64,000 bases of DNA from Collinsella sp. (GCA_048189585.1 DBEZHA010000007.1:82053-146052); one strand, 5' to 3'. Positions 28,119 through 38,457 are shown, numbered from the stretch's first letter. Notes: generated by a model not told the origin, from the letters alone. Program-made: numbers and translations.

Positions 28119-28219
28119 CCCGATGCTTTGCTCTCCGCTGCGGACAGTCCTGCGCAAGACGGACAGCACATTAAGTGCTGTCCTTTGCGTGCGGAACTTG
28201 CGGCGAGCAAAGCATCGGG
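28119..28219. repeat. Long stem-loop element downstream of valS (family D, opposite orientation)
   Basis: 15-bp terminal IR CCCGATGCTTTGCTC / GAGCAAAGCATCGGG and central GGACAGCAC-ATTAA-GTGCTGTCC hairpin. Confidence 0.8.
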
Positions 28220-28378
28220 CCGCTCCTAGTTCGTTTACGTGGTTGTTTGCAACTGGCGTGTTAGGGCCACTGGGTTGTGGCCTTGATTCTGCTGCAAAGC
28301 GGTGTTTGGCTGATATTTTGAATGGGAGGGGCTCGTTGTTGATTCGGGCCTCTTTTTATGTTGAGGGGACTTTGGGTT

Positions 28379-29722
28379 ATGGCTAAGCGTTCTGGGTTGT
28401 ATTCGGTGCCGTTTGAGGTTCCGGAGCTTTCTATTGATGAGGCTGTTGCACTTGCGGCCGATACGGGCAAGATTGCGCGTTATTCCACGCCGCTGCTCGA
28501 GACTGTCGTCGAGATGCTCGATGAGCTTGGTCGTCCTGACGAGTTCTATGATTGCGTCCAGATAGCCGGTACCAATGGAAAGACCTCGACGACGCGATTC
28601 TCGGCTGCCATTCTTCGTGGTGAGGGCCTTAAGACGGCACTCTTTACGTCGCCTCATCTGGTGCGCTATCCCGAGCGTATGGAGATTGATGGAAAGGTCG
28701 TCTCAGACGAGGTCTTTGCCCATGGTGTCTCTGCGGCGTATGAGGCAGGTCGTCGTCTCAACGCACGTCGTGAGGCGGCGGGCGAGGAGCTCCGATCTAT
28801 TACGCCCTTCGATCTTTTGTCCGTGGCTGGTTTGACTATGTTTGCCGAGGCTTGCGTGGACGTGGCCGTGCTTGAGGTTGGCATGGGCGGACGATGGGAT
28901 GCTACGAGTGCGACCGATCCCGTGGCCGTCGCCATTACGGGCATTGGACTCGACCATACGAAGGTCCTTGGCGATACGCTCGAGGCAATTGCGGGGGAGA
29001 AAGCTGCTGTTATTAAGCCTGGGCGTTTGGTTGTTTTGGGCGAGGGTACCCATGAGGCGAGCGTTCAGCGCGTGATGGATGCCCGTTGCCGCGAATGCGG
29101 TGTGGTGCCGCTCGTGGTGAGCCATACGACGACCAAACTTCCGGCACACGTGGGCGATACGGTGGAGTTTAGCTGCACCACGCCGCGCGCGATCTATACG
29201 TCGAGTATGGTCAAGCCGGCGTATCAGCCGCAGAATGCCGCGTGCGCGATTATGCTGTGCGAGGGCTATCTGGGCCGCGAGCTCGACCACGATGCGCTCG
29301 ACGCTTCGCTTATGGGCTGCCCCACGCCGGGTCGCTTTGATGTGCTGGGAACCGATCCGCTCAAGCTGATCGACGCCTGCCATAATCCCCAGAGCTGCGA
29401 GAACTTTGTGAGCGCACTGGACGAGATCGATCCGTGCGTAGAGAATCGTCCAACGCTGCTGTGCGCGGCGTTGGCTGACAAGGACGTGGCGGGCATCGTC
29501 GACGTGCTTGTTCCGGCGTTCCCACGTGTGGTCGTGACGCAGACCGATTCCGACCGCGCCCTGCCAGCAGAGGAACTCGCCGCCCTGGTGGACGCCGATA
29601 AGCTCGCAGGCGTGTACCCCAGCGTATCTGAGGCCCTCGCAGCCCTCGATGCCGCGGGCGAGCCCTTCGTAGCAGCCGGCACCATCACCCTAGCCGGCGA
29701 AGTAGCCGGTCTGCTGCGTTAG
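28379..29722 (+). CDS. folC: Folylpolyglutamate synthase / dihydrofolate synthase
   Basis: IAGTNGKTST, FTSPHL, LEVGMGGRWDATS, IGLDHT, EKA, DACHNP; valS-folC synteny. Confidence 0.92.
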   Translation: MAKRSGLYSVPFEVPELSIDEAVALAADTGKIARYSTPLLETVVEMLDELGRPDEFYDCVQIAGTNGKTSTTRFSAAILRGEGLKTALFTSPHLVRYPERMEIDGKVVSDEVFAHGVSAAYEAGRRLNARREAAGEELRSITPFDLLSVAGLTMFAEACVDVAVLEVGMGGRWDATSATDPVAVAITGIGLDHTKVLGDTLEAIAGEKAAVIKPGRLVVLGEGTHEASVQRVMDARCRECGVVPLVVSHTTTKLPAHVGDTVEFSCTTPRAIYTSSMVKPAYQPQNAACAIMLCEGYLGRELDHDALDASLMGCPTPGRFDVLGTDPLKLIDACHNPQSCENFVSALDEIDPCVENRPTLLCAALADKDVAGIVDVLVPAFPRVVVTQTDSDRALPAEELAALVDADKLAGVYPSVSEALAALDAAGEPFVAAGTITLAGEVAGLLR

Positions 29723-29755
29723 AGCCTTTCCGCTGGGCAGCTAGTTGGCCTGCTA

Positions 29756-29915
29756 GCCACGAAATGGGCCTATCTACTACGTTTGACCGGTTACCCCCGA
29801 CCACACCGAGAATTGCAAAATCAAAACCGCAGGTAGAAGGCTTGCCAGTTATGCGAAAACGCGGGTGTGGTCAACCCATGCGGGTTAAACGTAGTAGATA
29901 GGCCGTTTTTGTGGC
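29756..29915. repeat. 160-bp inverted-repeat element family A, copy 2
   Basis: Colinear and equal in length to 13844-14003. Confidence 0.85.
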
Positions 29916-29956
29916 GCATCTCTAGACTGTCAAATTGGTCGACTTGGCCCCATGGC

Positions 29957-30023
29957 AGTTGCGGTGAAATAGTTCCTGGATTATGCCTCTGTGGGCCAAT
30001 CTGGGAACTATTCCACCGCAACT
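29957..30023. repeat. 67-bp palindromic repeat family B, copy 3
   Basis: AGTTGCGGTGAAATAGTTCC...GGAACTATTCCACCGCAACT. Confidence 0.9.
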
Positions 30024-30047
30024 TATTGAAGGGCTATTGGGAAGGGG

Positions 30048-31136
30048 CTAGTCTAGGCGGACTGGGTCGTGGGGGTAGGCGTTGAGAATCTCGACGCCGG
30101 ACTCGGTAACCAGGGCAAGGTCCTCGATGCGGACGCCGGTGCGGCCGGGGAGGTAGATGCCCGGCTCGATAGAGAATGTCATGCCCGGCTCTACGACCTG
30201 TTCGTTGGCGAGCGAGACGTCGCCCGGCTCGTGGTCCTGCAGACCGATCGAGTGTCCCAGGCGGTGCGTAAAGTACTGTCCATAGCCTGCATCCTCAATC
30301 ACGTCGCGCGCCGCGCGGTCCAGGTCGCACATACGCACGCCCGGGGCGATAAGCGATTCGGCGACCTCGTTGGCGCGGCGCACGATGTCGTAGATGCGTG
30401 CCGTCTCCTCTTCCGGCTCGCCCCAAAAGAACGTGCGCGTCATGTCCGAGCAGTAGTTGCGGCGGCGCCCGCCAATGTCGAACAGCACCACGTCGCCGCG
30501 CTTGAGTACGGTGTCGTCAGGCTCGTGGTGCGGGTCGCCGGCGTTGGCGCCAAAGCTTACGATGGGCGGAAAGCTAAAGCCCTCGCAGCCGTGGTTGCGG
30601 TACAGACCGAGCATCTGGTCGGCAATTTCGCGCTCCGTTACGCCCTCGTGGACGAGCTTGATGGCGTCGGCCATCACGGCGTCGTTAGCGGCCGAGGACG
30701 CGCGCATCAGCTCCTGCTCGGCTTCGTCCTTGTGGGCGCGTGCGACGGTGACGGCAAAGTCGCCCAGGAAAAACTCGCTCGCGGCGTGACAATCCATAAG
30801 GGGCATCAAAAAGCCGGAGCGCATGACGGTGTCGATGCCGAGCGGTTTGGTCGGATCGACCTCGCGAGCGATGGCGTCGGTCACGACGTCGGTATCGGTG
30901 TGGTAGGCCACGCGGGCATTGTCGTACTCGGGCAGCTGATGCAGGGCGTTGACCAAGATCACGGGCTCGCAATTGCGTGCGAGCAGCACGCCACAAAAAC
31001 GCTCGAACATATCGGCATAAAAGCCGGTCAGGTAATAAATCGACCACGGGTCGTTTACGAGCAGCTGCGCGCCGGGGTGCTGAGCCTCGAGGGCATCGAG
31101 CACGTGCGCCACACGCTGGTCATCGACATGTGCCAT
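30048..31136 (-). CDS. Xaa-Pro aminopeptidase / dipeptidase (M24 family)
   Basis: PHH, FDIG, YCSDMTRTF, HRLGHSIGL, SIEPGIY, GVRIED; start at MAHVDD after AAAGGA. Confidence 0.92.
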   Translation of the reverse strand: MAHVDDQRVAHVLDALEAQHPGAQLLVNDPWSIYYLTGFYADMFERFCGVLLARNCEPVILVNALHQLPEYDNARVAYHTDTDVVTDAIAREVDPTKPLGIDTVMRSGFLMPLMDCHAASEFFLGDFAVTVARAHKDEAEQELMRASSAANDAVMADAIKLVHEGVTEREIADQMLGLYRNHGCEGFSFPPIVSFGANAGDPHHEPDDTVLKRGDVVLFDIGGRRRNYCSDMTRTFFWGEPEEETARIYDIVRRANEVAESLIAPGVRMCDLDRAARDVIEDAGYGQYFTHRLGHSIGLQDHEPGDVSLANEQVVEPGMTFSIEPGIYLPGRTGVRIEDLALVTESGVEILNAYPHDPVRLD

Positions 31137-31188
31137 GAAACATCCTTTCGCTAGGGTGCCACCATGGTATCTCAAGCGTCCCCACATA

Positions 31189-31255
31189 AGTTGCGGTGAA
31201 ATAGTTTCTGTTTGCCGGGGTAATGGCCTAAAACAGGAACTATTCCACCGCAACT
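31189..31255. repeat. 67-bp palindromic repeat family B, copy 4
   Basis: AGTTGCGGTGAAATAGTTTCTGTTT...AAACAGGAACTATTCCACCGCAACT. Confidence 0.9.
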
Positions 31256-31291
31256 GCAAACGCTGATGAAGCTCCGTCCCAAATGAGCTAC

Positions 31292-31690
31292 TTAGGCTGG
31301 GTCGATGTCCATGCTGGCGATTAGGTCGATGTTGGTGTTGAGGAGGTTCTTCAACACGACGTCGCCCATGCGGATGGGGGCTTCGACGACCAAGCTGCGG
31401 ATGAGGTCCATGGCCTGGGCGTGAAGTGCCAGCGGAATGGCTTCGGCCGTGCGCACGGGCAGCAGCGCCCCATCACCGCCGGATACGGCCACGGTGGTGG
31501 TGAGCACGCGCATGGGGCAGGTGAGCTCCTGATGCGCGAACGTATCGCCGCGCGGGCAGCTGTTGCCGGTCACGGAGCGCACCTCTACTACGGCGCCGTC
31601 TGCGCTGCGCTCTACCTCCACGGTCAGGAGGCACTCGGATGGGCAGGTGGTGCAGTTGAACTGCAGCGTCTCGATCGTGTTTGTGCTCAT
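31292..31690 (-). CDS. DUF1667-family small CxxC protein
   Basis: CTTCPSEC, GNSCPRG, P.RVLTTTV, LPVRT, APIRMGDV; usual third gene of this flavoprotein trio. Confidence 0.8.
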   Translation of the reverse strand: MSTNTIETLQFNCTTCPSECLLTVEVERSADGAVVEVRSVTGNSCPRGDTFAHQELTCPMRVLTTTVAVSGGDGALLPVRTAEAIPLALHAQAMDLIRSLVVEAPIRMGDVVLKNLLNTNIDLIASMDIDPA

Positions 31691-31694
31691 GGCC

Positions 31695-33047
31695 TTACGC
31701 CTCCTCAACGGGATCGACGGACAGGACAATCTCGCTAACACCCAGGTCGAGTGCGCGCTGAATCGCCTTTGCCGGCAGCGGGAAGCTCTCCATTACGCTC
31801 GGTTTAAACGGGCGGACCTTGCCTGCAAACAGTTCCTCGTCGCCTGCCAGAATGCGCACGCGGGCGGCGTCGACCGGTCGGCGTACGCGGAAGTTGAGTT
31901 TGGTGAGTGTCACAGCCGTAATGCGCCCCGGCAGCGCGTAGCCCGCGATACCGGCGGGGGAGACCGTGAGATGGCAACCCGTGCTCGCCTCGACATCCGC
32001 GCTGCCACCCAGCGCGTACGCCGCCGCAGCCGCACCGGCGCGCTCGGATTCGGTCGTCACGTTGTCGGCCAGGTCGTGCACGTGCAGCACGTTGCCACAG
32101 GCAAAGATACCCGGCACGCCTGTCTGGAGGCTCTGGTCCACCACGGCGCCGCGCGTGCGTGGGTCAAGCTCCACGCCCGCGGCAACCGAAAGCTCGTTCT
32201 CGGGAATCAATCCCACCGAAAGCAGCAGCGTGTCGCACGGAACGATGCGCTCGGTCCCGGCAATGGACGCCAGGCGCTCGTCGACCTGGCTTACCTCGAC
32301 GGCCTCCACGCGGTCGTGCCCGATCACGCGCGTGACCGTGGTGGACAGGTGCAGCGGAATGTCAAAGTCGTCCAGGCAGTTCTTCACATTGCGGCGCAGG
32401 CCGTTGGCGTACGGCATGAGCTCGTACACGCCCTCGACCGAAATCCCCTCGAGCGTGCAGCGGCGCGCCATGATCAGCCCGATGTCACCCGAGCCCAAAA
32501 TGACGGCGCGCGAGCCGGGCTTGAGGTTCTCGATATTGATGTATCGCTGCGCCAAGCCGGCCGTAAACACGCCAGCGGGACGGCTGCCGGGGATCTTGAT
32601 CTCGCTGCGGGTACGCTCACGGCAGCCCATGGCAAGGACGACCGCCCGTCCGGTGAGCTGCAGCATGCCGGTGGGGCTCATGAGCGTGACGGTGTGGACC
32701 GCGGTGTCTTCCGCAGGCTCGCCTGAATCAATCCCAATCACCATGCTGTTCAGGAACAGCGCAATGTCGGTTGCGTGCACCTGGTCGATAAAGCGCTGCG
32801 CGTACTCGGGACCGGTGAGCTCCTGTTTAAAGTGCGACAGGCCAAAGCCGGGGTGGATGCATTGGCGGAGGATGCCGCCCAGGTGCTGCTCGCGCTCCAC
32901 GATGGCCACGCGCGCTCCGGCCTTATGCGCGGCCAGCGCGGCCGCCATGCCGGCGGGGCCGCCGCCGATAACGACCACGTCGAAGGCTTGCGTTTGTACG
33001 GCTTCTACGACGCCGCAATCAATCGCGCTCGATTTGAATTTCGCCAT
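31695..33047 (-). CDS. NAD(P)/FAD-dependent oxidoreductase
   Basis: GGGPAG, GGILRQCIHPGFG, AMGCRER, GSGDIGLIMARR, CGNVLHVHDL. Confidence 0.88.
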   Translation of the reverse strand: MAKFKSSAIDCGVVEAVQTQAFDVVVIGGGPAGMAAALAAHKAGARVAIVEREQHLGGILRQCIHPGFGLSHFKQELTGPEYAQRFIDQVHATDIALFLNSMVIGIDSGEPAEDTAVHTVTLMSPTGMLQLTGRAVVLAMGCRERTRSEIKIPGSRPAGVFTAGLAQRYINIENLKPGSRAVILGSGDIGLIMARRCTLEGISVEGVYELMPYANGLRRNVKNCLDDFDIPLHLSTTVTRVIGHDRVEAVEVSQVDERLASIAGTERIVPCDTLLLSVGLIPENELSVAAGVELDPRTRGAVVDQSLQTGVPGIFACGNVLHVHDLADNVTTESERAGAAAAAYALGGSADVEASTGCHLTVSPAGIAGYALPGRITAVTLTKLNFRVRRPVDAARVRILAGDEELFAGKVRPFKPSVMESFPLPAKAIQRALDLGVSEIVLSVDPVEEA

Positions 33048-33048
33048 C

Positions 33049-34503
33049 CTAACGCACCCCCTTCAGCGGTCCCTCGACCAACCAAGATCCGGCATCTTCC
33101 AACAGCACTTTGCTGGGGTCGCAGCCCAGCTCGCGCGCCAGGATCGCCACCACACGGCTCTGGCAAAAGCCGCTTTGGCACCGACCCATGCCGGCACGAC
33201 AGCGGCGCTTGACGCCCTCGACCGAAACCGCGCCCGGGCGGCGCCGAATCGCGGCCACGATCTCGGCCTCGGGCACCGTCTCGCAGCGGCAGACAATCTG
33301 TCCCCACGCGGGATCCGACTCGATCAGTTCCTCCTTGCGCGCCAGCGGTGCGCGGTCAAAGTCGTCCGGCTCGCGGCGAATTGGATTCCAGTCCGCCCGC
33401 TCGCGCAGCTCCACGCCTGACTCACGCATCACAAGTTCTATACGCTCGGCAATGGCAGGCGCGCTCGCCACGCCTGGGGACTGAATGCCCGCCGCTTGGA
33501 AGAGCCCCGGCACCACGGCCGACTGTCCAATAAAGAAGTCGTTCGTTCCCCGAATGACCGGACGCCCGCCGGCAAACGCACGCACCACGCGGTGCGTCTC
33601 CAGGTCGGGCACCAGCTTGCGCGCGCCGGTCAGCAGCGCGTTGACATCGGTCGCGTAGGTTTGTGTATCGCCCGGCTCGCGCACGGCAGCCGTGGCGGTG
33701 ATCACGGTGTTGCCATGTACGGTACCCGTGACGATAACGCCCTTGGACACTGGCGTGGGAACAGGGTAGAGCGGCATGAGCGTGCGCGGTTCCTTGTCCA
33801 GCACCACGATGTTGCCTTGGCGCCATACCATCTGGAACTCCTCGGCGCCTGCCATATGCGAGATGTCTGCGGCGCCGTTGCCCGCGGCGTTGATCAGGTA
33901 ACGGCAGCGCACGTTGCCAGCGGGGGTCGCCAACGTAAAGTGCGCGTCTCCGCCCGACCCCGCGACTTCAATCACCTTCACGGGTGCGGAGCGCATAAAC
34001 GTCACCCCGTTGGCCACGGCGTTCTCCAGTGCGGCGATGGCAACCTCAAACGGGTCGACAAACCCAGTCGAGGGACACCACAACGCGCACGTTGCATCGG
34101 CACTGGCGCGCGGCTCTAATTCGTGGATGCGGTCGGGTCCGACGATTGACAGCTCGGGCACCCCGTTGGTCAGGCCATTCTGGCGCAGCTTTTCCAGATG
34201 CGCGCGGTCCTCGTCGTTAAAGCCCAACACCATCGACCCGGTGCGGCGGAACAGAAAGCCCAGCTCCTGCGCCCACGTACCGTACAAGTCGCAGCCACGG
34301 GCGTTGACCTGCGCCTTTACGGTGCCCGGCGCCGGATCGTAGCCAGCGTGCACCAGGCCGCCGTTGGCCTTCGACGCGCCCAGCGCAATATCGTTAGCCG
34401 CCTCGACCACGCAAATGGACAGGTCATAGCGCGCGAGCTGCCGCGCGATGGCGCATCCGGTGATGCCCGCGCCGACAATCGCGATATCAAACGTTTCTGT
34501 CAC
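33049..34503 (-). CDS. FAD-dependent dehydrogenase (GlpA / L-2-hydroxyglutarate oxidase-like) with C-terminal BFD-type [2Fe-2S] domain
   Basis: GAGITG, SKANGGLVHAGYD, GIQSPG, VCRCETV, RAGMGRCQSGFC. Confidence 0.85.
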   Translation of the reverse strand: MTETFDIAIVGAGITGCAIARQLARYDLSICVVEAANDIALGASKANGGLVHAGYDPAPGTVKAQVNARGCDLYGTWAQELGFLFRRTGSMVLGFNDEDRAHLEKLRQNGLTNGVPELSIVGPDRIHELEPRASADATCALWCPSTGFVDPFEVAIAALENAVANGVTFMRSAPVKVIEVAGSGGDAHFTLATPAGNVRCRYLINAAGNGAADISHMAGAEEFQMVWRQGNIVVLDKEPRTLMPLYPVPTPVSKGVIVTGTVHGNTVITATAAVREPGDTQTYATDVNALLTGARKLVPDLETHRVVRAFAGGRPVIRGTNDFFIGQSAVVPGLFQAAGIQSPGVASAPAIAERIELVMRESGVELRERADWNPIRREPDDFDRAPLARKEELIESDPAWGQIVCRCETVPEAEIVAAIRRRPGAVSVEGVKRRCRAGMGRCQSGFCQSRVVAILARELGCDPSKVLLEDAGSWLVEGPLKGVR

Positions 34504-34520
34504 AGTGCCTCCCAGACAAG

Positions 34521-34535
34521 TTGACAGGCTGTCAA
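34521..34535. promoter_or_regulatory. Candidate operator palindrome for the flavoprotein operon
   Basis: TTGACAG-G-CTGTCAA between the minus-strand GGAGG RBS and a possible -10 (TAGGAT). Confidence 0.45.
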
Positions 34536-34732
34536 TAAGACTATCCTACGGTCTGCGCGTCCCCAGAGCGGCGTCAATGCGGCGAACAGCCCCGCAACAC
34601 CCGCCAACGGCAGACGAGGGCCGCCCAGCACGGATGCCGGCCACGTTGGACCGCGAGTTCCTTCCACCCAACCTCGCGGTCCGCGCCGTTACCAGTTTCA
34701 GATTGAGATGTTGAGACCACGGGCGCACGTTC

Positions 34733-35031
34733 GTCTCGATCTGTAACAGTAGGAGGGGAATTGCGGTCCTACGTGTTACAGATCGAGACATTATCCCGTC
34801 GGGTTATTCGTATGTCTCGATCTGTAACAGCTAGCTGAGGATTTGGGTTCTAGATGTTACAGATCAAGACAAACCTTCCGGCGGATTTTGAATGTCTCGA
34901 TCTGTAACAGTAAGAGGGGTTTTGGGGCCTAAGATGTTACAGATCGAGATTGAAGTCGGGGAGGGACCCCTGTGTCTCGATCTGTAACATCTAGACCCGG
35001 ATTTCGCCTCCACCTGTTACAGATTGAGATG
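34733..35031. repeat. Array of alternating inverted 17-bp repeats (family C), period about 80 bp
   Basis: TGTCTCGATCTGTAACA at 34733, 34813, 34893, 34973 and its reverse complement at 34774, 34855, 34935, 35015; spacers alternate 25 and 21-22 bp. Confidence 0.92.
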
Positions 35032-35129
35032 TTTGTGTCCGCGCCAGCCCCGCGCCTAGCCGTGGTCCCATATAAACAAACCCCGTGGTAAACTTGACCG
35101 GACTGTTAATTTCCCGAAAGGTACCCGTA

Positions 35130-35561
35130 ATGTCCAAGTACATCTCCGAGCTCATGTCGCCGCAGCTTATGGGCGTCGTCTATGCCTTCGTTGGCTTTAT
35201 CATCGCCCTGTATGTGCTGTCGGTCGTCTATGTGTTCATCGACGCTCGCCGCCGCGGTGCCAGTGCCTACGTGGCATGGGGCATCATCGCCCTCATCCCG
35301 TTTGTGGGTCTCATCGCCTACCTGGTCCTGCGCCCGCACTCCTACGCATCCGACCGCGAGGAGCAGGAGCTGGACATGGCCCTGCGCGAGCGCCAGCTTG
35401 CCCAGTACGGCACCTGCCCGCAGTGCGGCGCGCCCATCGAGAAGGACTTCGTCGTCTGCCCGGTGTGCGACACCCAGGTCCGCAACGTATGCCCCAGCTG
35501 CCATCGTCCGCTCGACGCGCACTGGAAGGTCTGCCCCTACTGCCGAACTCGCATCCAGTAA
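35130..35561 (+). CDS. Membrane-anchored double zinc-ribbon protein
   Basis: Two N-terminal TM segments (PLDc_N-like) followed by four CPxC motifs. Confidence 0.8.
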   Translation: MSKYISELMSPQLMGVVYAFVGFIIALYVLSVVYVFIDARRRGASAYVAWGIIALIPFVGLIAYLVLRPHSYASDREEQELDMALRERQLAQYGTCPQCGAPIEKDFVVCPVCDTQVRNVCPSCHRPLDAHWKVCPYCRTRIQ

Positions 35562-35681
35562 CGCATCCATCGCCGGGCCGGCCGTAAGCCACGGGCACGC
35601 CGCAAACACGCGCACCCCGCCCCCACGCGATGAAGCATGCGTAGAAAATCGCCCGCCGTGCCATTAAGGTGCGGCGGGCGC

Positions 35682-35709
35682 TTGTATACCAAAGCAACCT
35701 GCCTATAAT
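35682..35709 (+). promoter_or_regulatory. Sigma70-type promoter for thrS
   Basis: TTGTAT-N16-TATAAT about 70 bp upstream of the start. Confidence 0.55.
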
Positions 35710-35779
35710 GATGCAAGTCAAAAACGCCGAGCGCATCGCACGCACTTGCATCAGGCATCCGAGAGGAGAAAACATACCC

Positions 35780-37543
<1,764 letters not shown>

Positions 37544-37564
37544 GGCAACCCAACAGAAACAACG

Positions 37565-37600
37565 AAAGGCGACCGTCCACAAAGGGCGGTCGCCTTTTTT
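37565..37600 (+). terminator. Intrinsic terminator after thrS
   Basis: AAAGGCGACCGTCC...GGGCGGTCGCC-TTTTTT. Confidence 0.8.
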
Positions 37601-37655
37601 AATGCCAAAACGAGAAAAAGCCGCTGGTAGAGCGCCTTTTTTGTTGTGCAAAAAG

Positions 37656-37777
37656 GTACAGGTTTTTGTAGAGGGCTATGGAGATGTGTCCTTTCGCGCC
37701 GCAATTTGTGCAATCTGGGAAAACAGTCCGAATTAACTTGTATAATGGCTCGCGTCGAAAGATACAAAAACCTGTAC
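37656..37777. promoter_or_regulatory. Promoter-like segment (TATAAT at 37741) bracketed by perfect 15-bp inverted repeats
   Basis: GTACAGGTTTTTGTA at 37656-37670 and TACAAAAACCTGTAC at 37763-37777. Confidence 0.6.
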
Positions 37778-37866
37778 TTTTGCGACTGCGCCTAGCTGCG
37801 AGCGAGAAGATGTTCTAAACGCCCCGGTATTTGCGTGCGTCGCAAAGCCAGAAAAGGGGGCGAGAG

Positions 37867-38457
37867 ATGGAGCAGACAACGCGGCGCCAAGAGCAACTGC
37901 CGGGCGCATTCAACGGCGCAACTACCAACAGCCAGCATGGCCGCGTCCGCTGGTATCTGGTCCACACCCCCAACGGTAAAGAGCGCGAGACCTGCGAAAA
38001 GGTCCGCCGTATTATCCCGCACGATCTGATGCAGGACGCTTTTGTGATGCAAAAGGAGTTCTGGTTTAAGCGGGACGGCGCCTGGTCGCTCCAAACCAAA
38101 CCCATGTACAAGGAATATTTCTTCGTCGCCACGCACGATGCCGCAGCGCTCGATAGGGCTTTGGCTCAACTGAGCTTTGGCTGCCGCATTGCCGGCAGCA
38201 GGGAGCGGGCCTATGCGCCTATGCCGGACGATGCGCAGGAGTGGTACCGCAGCGTGCTGGACGACGACGGAGTGGTGCGCAACAGCGTGGCGCGCATAGA
38301 AGATGGCGTGCTGCACATAGAGCAGGGTCCACTTGTGGGGCAAGAGGCCCGCGTTAAAAAGGTCGACCGTCATAAGCGCTGGTGCCTGGTGGACGTGGGC
38401 GAAGGCGTCTCCGCTTTTAGGGAGCTGCTTCCGCTGGACGTTCCCAGCAAAACGTAA
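37867..38457 (+). CDS. NusG-paralogue transcription antiterminator (LoaP/UpxY/RfaH-like)
   Basis: WYLVHTPNGKE and PMYKEYFFV (NGN domain), IEQGPLVGQEARVKKVDRHKR (KOW); heads the polysaccharide operon. Confidence 0.85.
   Translation: MEQTTRRQEQLPGAFNGATTNSQHGRVRWYLVHTPNGKERETCEKVRRIIPHDLMQDAFVMQKEFWFKRDGAWSLQTKPMYKEYFFVATHDAAALDRALAQLSFGCRIAGSRERAYAPMPDDAQEWYRSVLDDDGVVRNSVARIEDGVLHIEQGPLVGQEARVKKVDRHKRWCLVDVGEGVSAFRELLPLDVPSKT

Noticed and set aside
25319..28210. Long antisense ORFs (963 aa here; also 1198-2760, 2720-4732, 15600-17201, 21593-22951, 35537-37651)
   Set aside because: Shadow ORFs opposite well-supported genes, expected from GC-rich codon bias; no recognisable motifs.
31137..31259. 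N-terminal extension MQLRWNSSCF.. on the peptidase and similar small ORFs at 21180 and 29821
   Set aside because: These are translations of the 67-bp palindromic repeat; the likely start is ATG 31136 with its own RBS.
34733..35031. CRISPR array
   Set aside because: The repeats are 17 bp and alternate in orientation, the spacers are related to one another, and there are no cas genes or leader; reported as a repeat array instead.
37788..37805. ops-like pause element (GCGCCTAGC) in the antiterminator leader
   Set aside because: Only a weak resemblance to GGCGGTAG, and the same 9-mer occurs near 35052 in an unrelated context.
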